A stretch of DNA of 64,000 bases from an uncultured Actinomycetota bacterium (GCA_963743915.1 CAVURN010000001.1:640001-704000); one strand, 5' to 3'; numbered from the stretch's first letter, positions 1-10,652 are shown. Program-made: numbers and translations. The notes: generated by a model from the sequence alone, not told the origin.

Positions 1-434
1 TCGGCCTGCTGCTGGTCTCCTTGGTCGGTGTGGTGGGGCTCGCCAAGACCGCGTCCCCGAACATCCAGGCGGGAATCGAGTCGGTCGGGCTCCCGGCCAG
101 CTTCGTGGGTGTCGTCATCGCCTTCCTCATCCTGCTCCCCGAGGGTGCCGCCGCCGTGCGCGCGGCATGGGTCAACCGGGTTCAGTCGAGCATGAACCTG
201 GCGCTCGGTTCGGCGATGGCCAGCATCGGGCTCACGATCCCGGTCATCGCGGTCGTGTCGCAGATCATCGACACCCCGCTGCTGCTCGGGCTCGCTCCTG
301 TGCAGGTGGTGCTCTTCGCCCTCAGCATGTTCGTCGCCGCCTTGACGATCACGCCCGGACGGTCGACGGTGATGCAGGGCGGTGTCCATCTGGTGCTCTT
401 TTCCGGGTTCGTGGTCCTGTCGGTGAGTCCCTAG
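1..434 (+). CDS. Ca2+/H+ antiporter (ChaA/CAX family), 5'-truncated by window edge
   Basis: Hydrophobic TM protein with LLPE...SMNLALGSAMASIGLTIP and QGGVHLVLF motifs; stop TAG 432-434. Confidence 0.85.
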   Translation, partial: GLLLVSLVGVVGLAKTASPNIQAGIESVGLPASFVGVVIAFLILLPEGAAAVRAAWVNRVQSSMNLALGSAMASIGLTIPVIAVVSQIIDTPLLLGLAPVQVVLFALSMFVAALTITPGRSTVMQGGVHLVLFSGFVVLSVSP

Positions 435-444
435 GAGGTACGGC

Positions 445-1185
445 GTGACGCCACTGGTGCTGCTGCACGCGTTCCCGCTGTCGCGGGTGATGTACGACCC
501 GGTGGTACGGCTGATCTCGTGCCGCACGGTCGTGCCTGACCTGCCTGGCTTCGGCTCGGAGCCGTTGGCCATGGGCGAGCCGAGCCTCGACGTCTATGCC
601 GACCACGTCGTGGGTGTGATGGACAGGCTCGGCATCGAACGCGGTGTCATCGCGGGCACCTCGATGGGTGGTTACGCCGCGATGGCGATGTGGCGACGCC
701 ACCCCGAGCGGGTGGCCGGGCTCGGGCTGATCGACACGAAGGCCTCAGCGGATGCGCCTGAGGCCGCGGCGGGTCGCCGTCAGATGGCGTCCGTGATGGA
801 GGAGCAAAGCACCACCGGACCACTCATCGAGAGCGTGCTGCCGAAGCTGCTGGGCGAGACGACGGTGGCCTCCCGCCCCGACGTCGCCGCGAACGTGCGT
901 GACTGGGTCAGCACCTGTGACCCACGCGCCGCCGCCTGGGCTCAGCGTGCGATGGCAGCGCGCCCTGATTCCTTCGACACGTTGCGGGGCGTCGATGTCC
1001 CATCACTCGTGGTCGTCGGCGACGAGGACGTGCTCGCGCCCCGCGGAGACGCCGAGGCCATGGCAGAGGCGCTACCGGATGTCGCGCTCGTCGCCGTCCC
1101 CGAGGCGGGGCACCTCACGCCGGTCGAGTCTCCCGCAGATGTGGTGTCGGCGTTGGAGCGTCTCTGCGTGCGCGCGGACGGGTGA
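445..1185 (+). CDS. alpha/beta fold hydrolase
   Basis: LLHAFP, PDLPGFG, GTSMGG nucleophile elbow, GDED, AGH; GGAGG RBS before GTG. Confidence 0.9.
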   Translation: MTPLVLLHAFPLSRVMYDPVVRLISCRTVVPDLPGFGSEPLAMGEPSLDVYADHVVGVMDRLGIERGVIAGTSMGGYAAMAMWRRHPERVAGLGLIDTKASADAPEAAAGRRQMASVMEEQSTTGPLIESVLPKLLGETTVASRPDVAANVRDWVSTCDPRAAAWAQRAMAARPDSFDTLRGVDVPSLVVVGDEDVLAPRGDAEAMAEALPDVALVAVPEAGHLTPVESPADVVSALERLCVRADG

Positions 1186-2056
1186 GCCAGGCACCGAGGA
1201 GCACCAGCACCGCGCCGACCGGCTCGTTCCAGGTCAGTGCCTCGCCGAGCACGACGATGCCGAGGGTGGTCGAGACCAGCGGGATGAGGTAGGTGACGGT
1301 GGACGCCGTGGTCGCCCCGGCCAGGGCGACGACGCGATAGAGGAGCACGTACGCCAGCCCGGTGCCGAGGACGCCGAGACCGAGCATGGCCATCACCACG
1401 TCCAGCGCGACATCGGTGGGTGCATCGCCCTGGGGGACCACCACCAGGGACAGCGCCCCCGTCGCCACGATCAGCTGAGCCGCCGGATACTGCGCAGGGC
1501 TGCGGACGTCTCGACGACCGGCGAGGTGCTTTCCGGTGTAGGTGACGGCGAAGCCGTAGCACGCGGTCGCAGCGAGACTTGCGGCTGTTCCCAGGAGGAA
1601 GCCTGAGTCGATCGACTGTGCACCGAGCGACCACGGTCCCAGCACCACCACGACCCCGACGAACCCCAGCAGCAGCCCGCCCACGACGCTGCGGGTCGGC
1701 CGGGTGCCGGGGACCAGGACCAAGGCCATGAGGACCGTCCACAGCGGCGTCGTCGCGTTCCAGATGCCGGCGAGGATGCTCGAGATGTGGGTCTGGGCCC
1801 AGGCGAAGAGCAGGAAGGGGATGGCATTGAAGGTGAGTCCGACGATCACGAGGTGGCGCCACGTCGTCCAGCCCCGTGGAAGGCCGGTACGCCTGAGCCC
1901 GAGGGTCACCAACAGCGCGAGTGCCCCCAGCGAGACACGCGAGAACGCCACCTGCGCCGGGGTGAGGCGGTCGAGCCCGACCTCGATGAAGAGGAATGAG
2001 GATCCCCATACGACGGTGAGCACGAGATAGGGGGCGATCCAGCCTCGACGAGTCAC
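1115..2056 (-). CDS. EamA/DMT family transporter
   Basis: VWGSSFLFI, two EamA repeats, TVTYLIPLVS..LG...LGE. Confidence 0.9.
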   Translation of the reverse strand: MTRRGWIAPYLVLTVVWGSSFLFIEVGLDRLTPAQVAFSRVSLGALALLVTLGLRRTGLPRGWTTWRHLVIVGLTFNAIPFLLFAWAQTHISSILAGIWNATTPLWTVLMALVLVPGTRPTRSVVGGLLLGFVGVVVVLGPWSLGAQSIDSGFLLGTAASLAATACYGFAVTYTGKHLAGRRDVRSPAQYPAAQLIVATGALSLVVVPQGDAPTDVALDVVMAMLGLGVLGTGLAYVLLYRVVALAGATTASTVTYLIPLVSTTLGIVVLGEALTWNEPVGAVLVLLGAWLTRPRARRDAPTPTPHLRETRPA

Positions 2057-2123
2057 CCGTGCATCGTGTCAAACGGGTCCGACATCGGACTGGCGGTGAA
2101 CGGACGCGGCGTCCGGCGCCCCG

Positions 2124-3470
2124 CTACTTCTCGCGGAAGCGGTTGATGGCGTCGAGGTGCATGGCGCGCAGCTCCTGGTCGCGGACTCCGAGCCCCTCCT
2201 CTGGGGCGAGGCAGAGCACGCCGACCTTGCCCTGGTGCATGTTGCGGTGGACCTCGTAGGCAGCCTGGCCGGTCTCTGCCAGGGGGTAGGCCTTCGACAG
2301 CGTCGGGTGCACCTTGCCGCGCTGGATGAGCCGGTTCGCCTCCCAGGCCTCGCGGTAGTTGGCGAAGTGCGAACCGACGATTCGCTTGAGGTTCATCCAG
2401 AGGTAACGGTTGTCGTACTCGTGCAGGAACCCCGAGGTGGAGGCGCAGGTGACGATGGTCCCTCCCTTGCGGGCCACGTAGACACTCGCGCCGAACGTCT
2501 CGCGTCCCGGGTGCTCGAACACGATGTCGACGTCGTCACCGCCGGTGAGCTCGCGGATCCGCGAGCCGAGACGCTTCCACTCGGACGGATCCTGGGTGCT
2601 CGGGTCCTTCCAGAACCGGTACGCCTCGGCGTTGCGGTCGATGATCAGCTCAGCGCCCATGCTCCGGACGATCTCGGCCTTCTCCGGCGACGACACGACG
2701 CAGATGGGGGTGGCGCCGCCGTTGAGCGCCATCTGCGTGGCGTAGGAACCGAGACCGCCGCTGGCGCCCCAGATCAGGACGATGTCGCCCTGCTTCATGC
2801 CGGCACCGTTCCGGCTGACCAGCTGGCGGTACGCCGTGCTGTTGACGAGCCCGGGCGACGCGGCCTCCTCCCACGTGAGGTGGTCGGGCTTGTCGAGCAG
2901 CTGGTTGCTCTTGACCAGGGCGAGCTGCGCGAGACCGCCGAAGTTGGTCTCGAAGCCCCAGATGCGCTGCTCCGGGTCGAGCATCGTGTCGTCGTGGCCA
3001 AGGGGACTCTCGAGCTCGACGGACAGGCAGTGCGCCACCACCTCGTCCCCGGGCTTCCAGGCGTGGACACCGGGGCCGGTGCGGAGCACGACGCCGGCGA
3101 GGTCGGATCCCAGGACGTGGTAGGGCAGGTCGTGGCGCTTGGCGAGGGGCGACGTCCGCCCGTAGCGGCGCAGGAACCCGAAGGTCGAGACCGGCTCGAA
3201 GATGCTCGACCAGACGGTGTTGTAGTTGATGGACGACGCCATCACGGCGACCAGCGCCTCGCCGGGACCGACCTCCGGCAGCGGGACGTCCTCGATCCGC
3301 AGGGCCTTGCGTGGGTCGCGGTCCCGCGTGGGCATCCCGTCAAACATCGTCTCGTCCTCCTGACGGAGGACGGCCGCGGTGTAGTGGTCGGGCACCGCGA
3401 GCGCGGCGAAGTCGTCCGACGACGCCTCGCCGGAGGTGATGGCGTCGGCGATCTGTTGCATGGACTGCAC
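2124..3470 (-). CDS. ccrA: crotonyl-CoA carboxylase/reductase
   Basis: [52 protein letters not shown]; GTG at 3470 follows GGAGG (ATG 3461 alternative). Confidence 0.95.
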   Translation of the reverse strand: MQSMQQIADAITSGEASSDDFAALAVPDHYTAAVLRQEDETMFDGMPTRDRDPRKALRIEDVPLPEVGPGEALVAVMASSINYNTVWSSIFEPVSTFGFLRRYGRTSPLAKRHDLPYHVLGSDLAGVVLRTGPGVHAWKPGDEVVAHCLSVELESPLGHDDTMLDPEQRIWGFETNFGGLAQLALVKSNQLLDKPDHLTWEEAASPGLVNSTAYRQLVSRNGAGMKQGDIVLIWGASGGLGSYATQMALNGGATPICVVSSPEKAEIVRSMGAELIIDRNAEAYRFWKDPSTQDPSEWKRLGSRIRELTGGDDVDIVFEHPGRETFGASVYVARKGGTIVTCASTSGFLHEYDNRYLWMNLKRIVGSHFANYREAWEANRLIQRGKVHPTLSKAYPLAETGQAAYEVHRNMHQGKVGVLCLAPEEGLGVRDQELRAMHLDAINRFREK

Positions 3471-3507
3471 GTCGGCCTCCGAGGGCGGATGGTCGCAGGG
3501 TTGGACT

Positions 3508-3960
3508 CTAGTGCGTGGGCGCGGGCGGTTGCACGAGTTCGAGCAGGACGCCACCGACGTCCTTGGGGTGGACGAAGTTGATCCGGGCGCCTGCCGTGCC
3601 ACGACGCGGGGCGTCGTAGAGCAGCCGCAGTCCACGGCTCCGCAGGATCTCGCTGACCGCGTCGATGTCGTCCACGCGGCAGGCCACCTGCTGCAGGCCC
3701 GGTCCGTTGCGGTCGAGGAACTTCCCGATCGGCGAGTCCGGAGTCAGGGGTGCGAGCAGCTGGACGAAGGAACCAGAGTCGCCGACAGCCATCATCGCCT
3801 CGCGGACGCCCTGGTCGGGATTGGACTCCTCGTGGACCAATGCCATGCCCAGCACGTCGCGGTAGAAGGCGATCGCGGCGTCGAGGTCCGCGACGGCGAC
3901 GCCGACATGGTCGAGGGCGGTGAAGAGATGTGCGAGGTCGGCAGCATCGGTGCTGGACAT
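3508..3960 (-). CDS. mce: methylmalonyl-CoA (ethylmalonyl-CoA) epimerase
   Basis: [35 protein letters not shown] motifs; start set at ATG 3960. Confidence 0.93.
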   Translation of the reverse strand: MSSTDAADLAHLFTALDHVGVAVADLDAAIAFYRDVLGMALVHEESNPDQGVREAMMAVGDSGSFVQLLAPLTPDSPIGKFLDRNGPGLQQVACRVDDIDAVSEILRSRGLRLLYDAPRRGTAGARINFVHPKDVGGVLLELVQPPAPTH

Positions 3961-4107
3961 GGTCAGATCCCCTCTCGGTGGAGTCGAGGTCCGCAGGACA
4001 TGGTGGCATCGGAGGCGCCCGGATCGGCAGCCGGGGGTCGAGGAAGGCGGGTCCCGGCCAGTACGCTGGCAGGTGATCACCCGTACCTCGGATGGGAGGG
4101 TCAGTCC

Positions 4108-5292
4108 ATGACCTCGAATGTCATCGTTGCCGGCGCCCGCACCCCCATGGGGCGGCTCCTCGGCTCCCTCAAGGACTTCAGCGCCGCCGACCTCGGCGCG
4201 GTTGCCATCAAGGGGGCGCTCGAGCGCGCGGGCGTCACCGGCGACCAGGTGCAGTACGTCATCATGGGCCAGGTGCTGCAGGCCGGCGCGGGGCAGCTGC
4301 CGGTGCGGAAGGCGTCCGTCGGCGCAGGCATCCCGATGACGGTGCCGTCGATCCTCATCAACAAGGTCTGTCTGAGCGGTCTCGACGCCATCGCACTGGC
4401 CGACCAGCTGATCCGTGCGGGCGAGGTCGAGATCGTGGTGGCCGGTGGCATGGAGTCGATGACCAACGCTCCCCACGTGCTGCCGAAGTCACGCGAGGGC
4501 GTCAAGTACGGCAACACGCAGCTGGTGGACGCCATGGCCTTCGACGGCCTCACCGACGCTTTCGACGGGCAGCCGATGGGCGCGTCCACCGAGGGGTACA
4601 ACGAGCGCTACTCACTCACCCGCGAGGAGCAGGACGCCTTCGCGGCACGTTCGCACCAGCGGGCGGCGGAGGCGCAGAAGAACGGGCTGTTCGCCGAGGA
4701 GATCGTGCCCGTCGAGGTCCCGCAGCGGCGCGGTGACCCCCTCGTGTTCAGTGAGGACGAGGGCATTCGCGCCGACACCACCGTGGAGTCGCTGGGCAAG
4801 CTGCGTCCGGCGTTCCGCAAGGATGGCACGATCACCGCGGGATCGGCCTCGCAGATCTCCGACGGTGCAGCAGCCGTCGTCGTGATGAGCAAGGCGAAGG
4901 CCGAGGAGCTCGGCCTTCCGTGGCTCGCCGAGATCGGTGCGCACGGGATCGTGGCAGGGCCCGACACCTCCCTGCACGAGCAGCCGTCCAACGCGATCCA
5001 GAAGGCGCTCGACCGCGAGGGTCTCACTGCGGCCGACCTCGACCTCGTCGAGATCAACGAGGCGTTCGCCGCCGTGGGCATCGTCTCCGCGCGCAAGCTG
5101 GGGCTGGCGGACGAGCAGGTGAACCCGAACGGTGGTGCCATTGCACTGGGTCACCCGATCGGCATGAGCGGTGCGCGTCTGGCGCTGACCCTCGCGCTCG
5201 AGCTCAAGCGGCGGGGTGGTGGCATCGGTGCGGCCGCTCTCTGTGGTGGCGGTGGCCAGGGTGACGCTCTGATCCTGCGGGTGCCGGCCTGA
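4108..5292 (+). CDS. acetyl-CoA C-acetyltransferase (thiolase)
   Basis: [34 protein letters not shown]; GGGAGG RBS. Confidence 0.95.
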   Translation: MTSNVIVAGARTPMGRLLGSLKDFSAADLGAVAIKGALERAGVTGDQVQYVIMGQVLQAGAGQLPVRKASVGAGIPMTVPSILINKVCLSGLDAIALADQLIRAGEVEIVVAGGMESMTNAPHVLPKSREGVKYGNTQLVDAMAFDGLTDAFDGQPMGASTEGYNERYSLTREEQDAFAARSHQRAAEAQKNGLFAEEIVPVEVPQRRGDPLVFSEDEGIRADTTVESLGKLRPAFRKDGTITAGSASQISDGAAAVVVMSKAKAEELGLPWLAEIGAHGIVAGPDTSLHEQPSNAIQKALDREGLTAADLDLVEINEAFAAVGIVSARKLGLADEQVNPNGGAIALGHPIGMSGARLALTLALELKRRGGGIGAAALCGGGGQGDALILRVPA

Positions 5293-6254
5293 CCCGGGCG
5301 GCTCCGAGCGACCTCGCGTCACTGGTCGACCGAGCACGCAACGGCGACCCACGGGCCGTCGCGCGACTCATCTCGCTCATCGAGGACCAGTCGCCGCTGC
5401 TGCCCCAGCTCGCGGCGATGCTGTCGCCGCTCGCCGGACGCGCGCACGTGGTGGGACTGACCGGCGCGCCCGGCGTCGGGAAGTCCACGACCACCTCGGC
5501 TCTCGTCACCGCCTACCGGACGCAGGGCCGACGCGTCGGCGTCCTGGCGGTCGATCCGTCCTCGCCCTTCACCGGCGGGGCACTGCTCGGCGACCGGGTG
5601 CGGATGCAGGAGCACGCGACCGACCCGGGCGTGTTCATCCGGTCGATGGCAACGCGTGGCCACCTCGGCGGTCTCGCGGCGGCAGCTCCGCAGGCGGTCC
5701 GGGTGCTGGACGCGGCGGGGTGCGACGTCGTGCTGGTCGAGACCGTGGGCGTGGGGCAGTCCGAGGTCGAGGTGGCCGGGCTCGCCGACACCACGGTCGT
5801 GCTGTTGGCGCCGGGGATGGGAGATGCCGTGCAGGCGGCGAAAGCCGGCATTCTGGAGATCGGCAACGTGTACTGCGTGAACAAGGCGGACCGCGACGGA
5901 GCCGACCTGGCGGTCCGCGAACTTCGCACCATGCTGGCCATCGGGCGGAACGTCGAGGGCGCGGAGGCGCCGGTGTGGCGTCCGCCGATCGTCAAGACGG
6001 TGGCCTCACGCGGAGAGGGCATCGACGACCTGGTGCAGGCGATCGCCGAGCACAGCGCGTACCTCGTCGACCACGGCGTCCTGGAACGGCGTCGGCGCGA
6101 GCGCGCGAGAGCCGAGATCGAGGCCCTGGTGGTGGCAGCGGTGCGAGCGCGACTGTCCGACGGCGAGGCGGCCCGCCGCCTCGAGGCTCTCGCCGGCGAC
6201 GTCGTCTCGGGCGCGACCGACCCTTACACGGCAGCCGCTGCCCTCCTCCCCTGA
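5289..6254 (+). CDS. meaB: acyl-CoA mutase-associated GTPase MeaB
   Basis: [44 protein letters not shown]; conserved N-terminus ([14 protein letters not shown]) lies upstream of first ATG (5418), start inferred at CTG 5289. Confidence 0.9.
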   Translation: MTRAAPSDLASLVDRARNGDPRAVARLISLIEDQSPLLPQLAAMLSPLAGRAHVVGLTGAPGVGKSTTTSALVTAYRTQGRRVGVLAVDPSSPFTGGALLGDRVRMQEHATDPGVFIRSMATRGHLGGLAAAAPQAVRVLDAAGCDVVLVETVGVGQSEVEVAGLADTTVVLLAPGMGDAVQAAKAGILEIGNVYCVNKADRDGADLAVRELRTMLAIGRNVEGAEAPVWRPPIVKTVASRGEGIDDLVQAIAEHSAYLVDHGVLERRRRERARAEIEALVVAAVRARLSDGEAARRLEALAGDVVSGATDPYTAAAALLP

Positions 6255-6302
6255 AAGGGTGCGGTGTGACACCGCTCCCGTTCTATGAAGGTTTGGCCGG
6301 AC

Positions 6303-7301
6303 TCATGAAGCAATGCGGCGACCTCTAGCCCCCGTCAGAATCACCTTGACCGGGGGTGGCTGCCGGCCGGCGTGAGCTGCTCGCGTTCTTGCGATGCTCG
6401 CGAGGACGCCTGCCGGATCATCGCGAATGTCGACGGGGGTGATCCGGAGGACGACGATGCTGAGCTCCGCGAACCGTCGGTGTCGTGACCAAGTGGTGTC
6501 GTAGCCGTGCTCGTCATCAAAGTGGTGCTTGCGGGAGTCGACCTCGAGCGCAATGCCGAGGTCCTCGTAGTACCCATCGGGTTCGGCGATGAACTCGCCC
6601 TGCGGGGTTGTCAGTGTCGGATTCCACACCGGCTCGGGGAGATCGCTGGCGCGCACGATGTCGCGCAGCCCAGCCTCCGGCACCGATCGGACGCCGGCAG
6701 CGGCGTCGCCGACGACGTCCCGCATGACCGCGGTCCACTGACGTTGCCCCTGGCGGATCTCCGCACGAAGGTCGTCGATGTCGAGGAGCTTCCGCTGCAC
6801 CGCCTCGAGGGTGAACGCGCGTACCTGGCGACGATCGGCTGTGCGGCGGCCGGCGTCGAAGACGGCACGGGAAAGGGGCGCGACAGCGAAGCCACCGACG
6901 GACACCGGCTCAGGCATCCTCTGGGTGCGCTCGACCGTGAGGAAGGAAGCCGACCTGAGCTGACGTTCCCGGTGGATCAGCACCTGGAGAGGAAGGTCCT
7001 GCGGAGCACACGGAAGGTTGTACAGGCCGTAGAGATGGAGGGCTCCCAGGCCGGTGTGCAATGCGCCTGGTCCACCGTACTGCGTGGCTGCGTGCGCCCG
7101 TTCGAGGAAGGTCGGCGTCCCACGGTGGACGAGGTAGGTCGCCGGGAGAAGGCGTTGCCAGCGTCCGCCCGTGCGCGTCCATCGGCTGATGCTGGACGAC
7201 GACATCCCCAGCGACACGAGCTGGCCGTGCGTGATGACACCGCTCTGCGAGCGGGCGAGGTCGTCGATGGCGTGAAGATCGAAGGATCGTGACTGCGGCA
7301 T
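6303..7301 (-). CDS. AbiEi-like N-terminal / DUF559-type PD-(D/E)XK nuclease domain protein
   Basis: LARSQSGVITHGQL..LG N-terminus, RSVPEA, PDGYY..LGIALEVDSRKHH, VLRITP. Confidence 0.75.
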   Translation of the reverse strand: MPQSRSFDLHAIDDLARSQSGVITHGQLVSLGMSSSSISRWTRTGGRWQRLLPATYLVHRGTPTFLERAHAATQYGGPGALHTGLGALHLYGLYNLPCAPQDLPLQVLIHRERQLRSASFLTVERTQRMPEPVSVGGFAVAPLSRAVFDAGRRTADRRQVRAFTLEAVQRKLLDIDDLRAEIRQGQRQWTAVMRDVVGDAAAGVRSVPEAGLRDIVRASDLPEPVWNPTLTTPQGEFIAEPDGYYEDLGIALEVDSRKHHFDDEHGYDTTWSRHRRFAELSIVVLRITPVDIRDDPAGVLASIARTRAAHAGRQPPPVKVILTGARGRRIAS

Positions 7302-7441
7302 GCGCAGAGGTTGTCGCGTGTCGCACGCGGCCACCCGGGTTTTCTCCGCGCTGTGGACAGAGCGCCGTGCCATGAGGGTGGATGAGTACGGCGATCCCTG
7401 CAATCAACGGGAGCGGTGTCACAGGGCACCCGCAAGAGGGG

Positions 7442-7900
7442 TCAGGACCAGGCGGCGGGGTCCTGGGTGAAGGTGGTGACGGTCTCCGGCAGCTCGCCAC
7501 TGGCGATCTCGGCGAGCGTCACATGTTCCAGGACGCCGCGGAGCGCGGCCCGCGTCGCGATCCAGACCTCCCGAAGGTGCTCGGCGGCACCTGCGTAGTC
7601 GGCGTTCTCCGGTCGGTCGCCGCGGACGTCGGCCAGGGGACCGTCGAGGGCCCGGACGACGTCGGCCACGGTGATGTCGGAAGCCGGCCGCGCGAGTCGA
7701 TAGCCGCCATCGGCACCTCGCTGGCTGGCGATGATGCCGGCCTGCCGGAGCTGCCGAAGAATGCCCTCGAGGAACCTCCCGGGGATGGCCTGCTCGGAGG
7801 CGAGGTGGTCGCCCTTGATCAGCGAGCCGGCCTCGCCGCCCTCGCGAGTGATGACCAGCAGCGCCCTCATGGCGTAGTCGACTTTGGCAGACACGTGCAC
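7442..7900 (-). CDS. Rrf2 family transcriptional regulator (no Cys ligands)
   Basis: SAKVDYAMRAL, SQRGADGGYRLARPASDITVADVVRALDG. Confidence 0.92.
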   Translation of the reverse strand: MHVSAKVDYAMRALLVITREGGEAGSLIKGDHLASEQAIPGRFLEGILRQLRQAGIIASQRGADGGYRLARPASDITVADVVRALDGPLADVRGDRPENADYAGAAEHLREVWIATRAALRGVLEHVTLAEIASGELPETVTTFTQDPAAWS

Positions 7901-7999
7901 CCGGTCATTGTGTCCCGTCCTCGTCCTGGGGAGCGAGGAGGGCGTCCTCTCGGGCTAGCCTGCTGAGGACAGCGTGCTGAGACCGACGGGAGGAGGCCG

Positions 8000-9670
8000 A
8001 TGGACGCGGACGAGATCGCCGACGGTCGTCACCGTTTCGAGAGCCGTTGGGCGGAGCCGCCGCCACCTCGTCAGACGCTGTCCGGTGCGCCGTTGCAGCC
8101 GATCTACGCGCCGGACGACGTCGGTCAGTCCGACGTCCCCGGGTTCGAGCGGATCGGGTGGCCGGGGGAGTACCCGTTCACCCGGGGGATCTACACCAGC
8201 GGCTACCTCGGAAAGCCGTGGACCATCCGGCAGTTCGCCGGCTTCGCCGCGGCCGACGACACGAACGCCCGCTTCCACGGGCTGCTCGCCGCAGGCAGCG
8301 ACGGACTGAGCGTCGCCTTCGACATGCCCACGCTCATGGGACTCGACTCCGACCACCCGCGAGCCCAGGGCGAGGTCGGGCACTGTGGCGTCGCCATCGA
8401 CTCCGCGCAGGACATGGACGCGCTGTTCACCGGGATCCCGCTCGACGCCGTGAGCACGTCGATGACGATCAGCGGTCCCGCTGTCCCACTGTTCTGCTGC
8501 TATGTCGTGGCCGCCGAACGCGCAGGCGCTGACGTGGCGTCGATGTCAGGCACGCTGCAGACGGACATCTTCAAGGAGTACATCGCGCAGAAGGAGTGGC
8601 TCTACCCCCCCGCGCCGCACCTGCGCCTGATCGGCGACCTGCTGGAGTGGACCCAGCAGCACCTGCCGCGCTACCACCCGATCAGCATCAGCGGGTACCA
8701 CATCCGCGAGGCAGGGGCCACGGCCGCGCAAGAGCTGGCCTTCACCCTCGCCGACGGCTTCGGCTACGTCGAGCTCGGCATCGAGCGGGGTCTCGACGTG
8801 GACGCGTTCGCGTCGCGGCTGAGTTTCTTCTTCGACGCGCACATCGACTTCTTCGAGGAGGTCGCCAAGTTCCGCGCGGCCCGTCGCATCTGGGCACGCT
8901 GGATGCGCGACCGCTACGGAGCGACGACCGACCGAGCCCAGTGGCTGCGGTTCCACACGCAGACGGCCGGGGTGTCCCTCACGGCGCAGCAGCCGCAGAA
9001 CAACGTGGTCCGCACCGCCATCGAGGCACTGGCCGCGGTGCTCGGCGGCACCAACTCGTTGCACACCAACGCTCTCGACGAGGTGCTCGCGCTGCCGACC
9101 GAGGCCGCCGCCGAGGTGGCACTGCGTACTCAGCAGGTGCTCCTGGAGGAGACGGGAGTCGCGTCCGTGATCGACCCGCTCGGGGGTTCGTGGTACGTCG
9201 AGGCGTCCACCGACCGGGTCGAGCAGGAGGCGGAGGAGCTCCTCGCGGAGATCCTTGCGCTCGGGGACGGCCGGTCCATGACGTCCGGCATCGTCGCCGG
9301 GATCGACGACGGCTGGTTCACCGGCCGTATCGCCGACGCCGCCGACGAGCAGCAGCGCGCCCTCGAGGAGGGGCGCCGGCACGTCGTCGGCGTCACCGCC
9401 CACACGAGCACGGTGGCCGAGCCGCTGGAGGTGCTCCGCATCGACCGCGCCGTCGAGACGGCCCAGGTCGAGCGGCTTGCTGCGCGACGGTCGAACCGTG
9501 ACGCGGACGCCGTGGCGAGCACGCTCGCCGCCCTGACCGTCGCCGCCCGCGCCGACGCCAACCTCGTGCCGCCGATGCTGGACGCGGCTCGAGCCGAAGC
9601 CACCGTCGGCGAGATCTGTGACGCCCTGCGTGAGGTGTTCGGCTCCTATACCGAGCCCCCCCGCTTCTGA
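8000..9670 (+). CDS. icmA: isobutyryl-CoA mutase large subunit (acyl-CoA mutase family, no B12-binding domain)
   Basis: WTIRQFAGF (Phe where methylmalonyl-CoA mutase has Tyr) and KEYIAQKEWL; GGAGG RBS. Confidence 0.88.
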   Translation: MDADEIADGRHRFESRWAEPPPPRQTLSGAPLQPIYAPDDVGQSDVPGFERIGWPGEYPFTRGIYTSGYLGKPWTIRQFAGFAAADDTNARFHGLLAAGSDGLSVAFDMPTLMGLDSDHPRAQGEVGHCGVAIDSAQDMDALFTGIPLDAVSTSMTISGPAVPLFCCYVVAAERAGADVASMSGTLQTDIFKEYIAQKEWLYPPAPHLRLIGDLLEWTQQHLPRYHPISISGYHIREAGATAAQELAFTLADGFGYVELGIERGLDVDAFASRLSFFFDAHIDFFEEVAKFRAARRIWARWMRDRYGATTDRAQWLRFHTQTAGVSLTAQQPQNNVVRTAIEALAAVLGGTNSLHTNALDEVLALPTEAAAEVALRTQQVLLEETGVASVIDPLGGSWYVEASTDRVEQEAEELLAEILALGDGRSMTSGIVAGIDDGWFTGRIADAADEQQRALEEGRRHVVGVTAHTSTVAEPLEVLRIDRAVETAQVERLAARRSNRDADAVASTLAALTVAARADANLVPPMLDAARAEATVGEICDALREVFGSYTEPPRF

Positions 9671-9691
9671 GCCGTCCGCCACAATGGCGGC

Positions 9692-10652
9692 ATGACGGTG
9701 ACACCATCCTGGCACTCCCGCCGGCTTCAACCCCTACGGCGCGGTCGACCTCGCGGCGCTGGCCCAGGCCCGCGAGGCTCGCGAGAAGGCTGAGGCGGTG
9801 CGCGCCCAGCGTCAGCAGGCTCAGCAGGGCGCAGACGGCGCCGCGGCACCGTCGGCGGCGACGGTTCTCGACGTGTCCGACGCCACCTTCCAGGCCGACG
9901 TGCTCGAACGGTCGATGACGCGTCCCGGTCGTCATCGACTTCTGGGCCGAGTGGTGCGGACCCTGCAAGCAGCTGTCGCCGGTGCTCGAGCGGCTCGCCG
10001 CAGCAGACGCCGGCGCCTGGGTGCTGGCCAAGGTCGATGTCGACGCCAACCCTCAGCTGTCGGCGGCCGCGCAGGTGCAGAGCATCCCCACCGTCATGGT
10101 CGTCTGGCAGGGTCAGGTGATCCCGGGCTTCATCGGGGCGCTCCCGGAGGCCCAGGTGCGGGACTTCCTCGACCAGGTGATCGCCCTGACAGGGAACGCA
10201 GGTGGCCCCGGCAGCCCGGCAGCCGAGGCCGCCGCACCGGAGGACCCCGAGCTGCTCGCCGCGGACGAGGCGCTGGCCGGGACGACCTCGAGGCGGCCGA
10301 GGCCGCCTACCGCGCAGATCCTGGCGACCCGTCCCGACCACCCGGACGCCCGCCAGGGACTGGCCAGCCTCACCCTGCTGCAAGCGCACCGCAGGGGCTC
10401 GACCTCGCCGGCGCGCGAGCCGCGGCCGAGGGCACCGACGATGTCGCCGCGCACACGGTCGCCGCCGACCTCGAGCTGCTGGACGGACAGGTGACCGAGA
10501 GCTTCGATCGGCTGATCGCCCTGGTCGGACGGACCGCGGGCGCCGAACGCGAGCAGGCCAAGGAGCACCTGCTGGAGCTGCTCGAGCTGGTGGGCAACGA
10601 CGACCCGGCCGTGCTGGCGGCGCGTCGCTCCCTGGCGAACGCCCTCTTCTGA
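9692..10652 (+). CDS. thioredoxin + TPR domain protein (YbbN/CnoX-like), several frameshifts
   Basis: Across frames: [45 protein letters not shown]; CACAAT -10 lies 6 nt before ATG 9692. Confidence 0.82.

Noticed and set aside
1115-1185. 71-bp convergent overlap of hydrolase and EamA as antisense control
   Set aside because: The overlapping tail is low-information read-through typical of GC-rich genomes; no further support.
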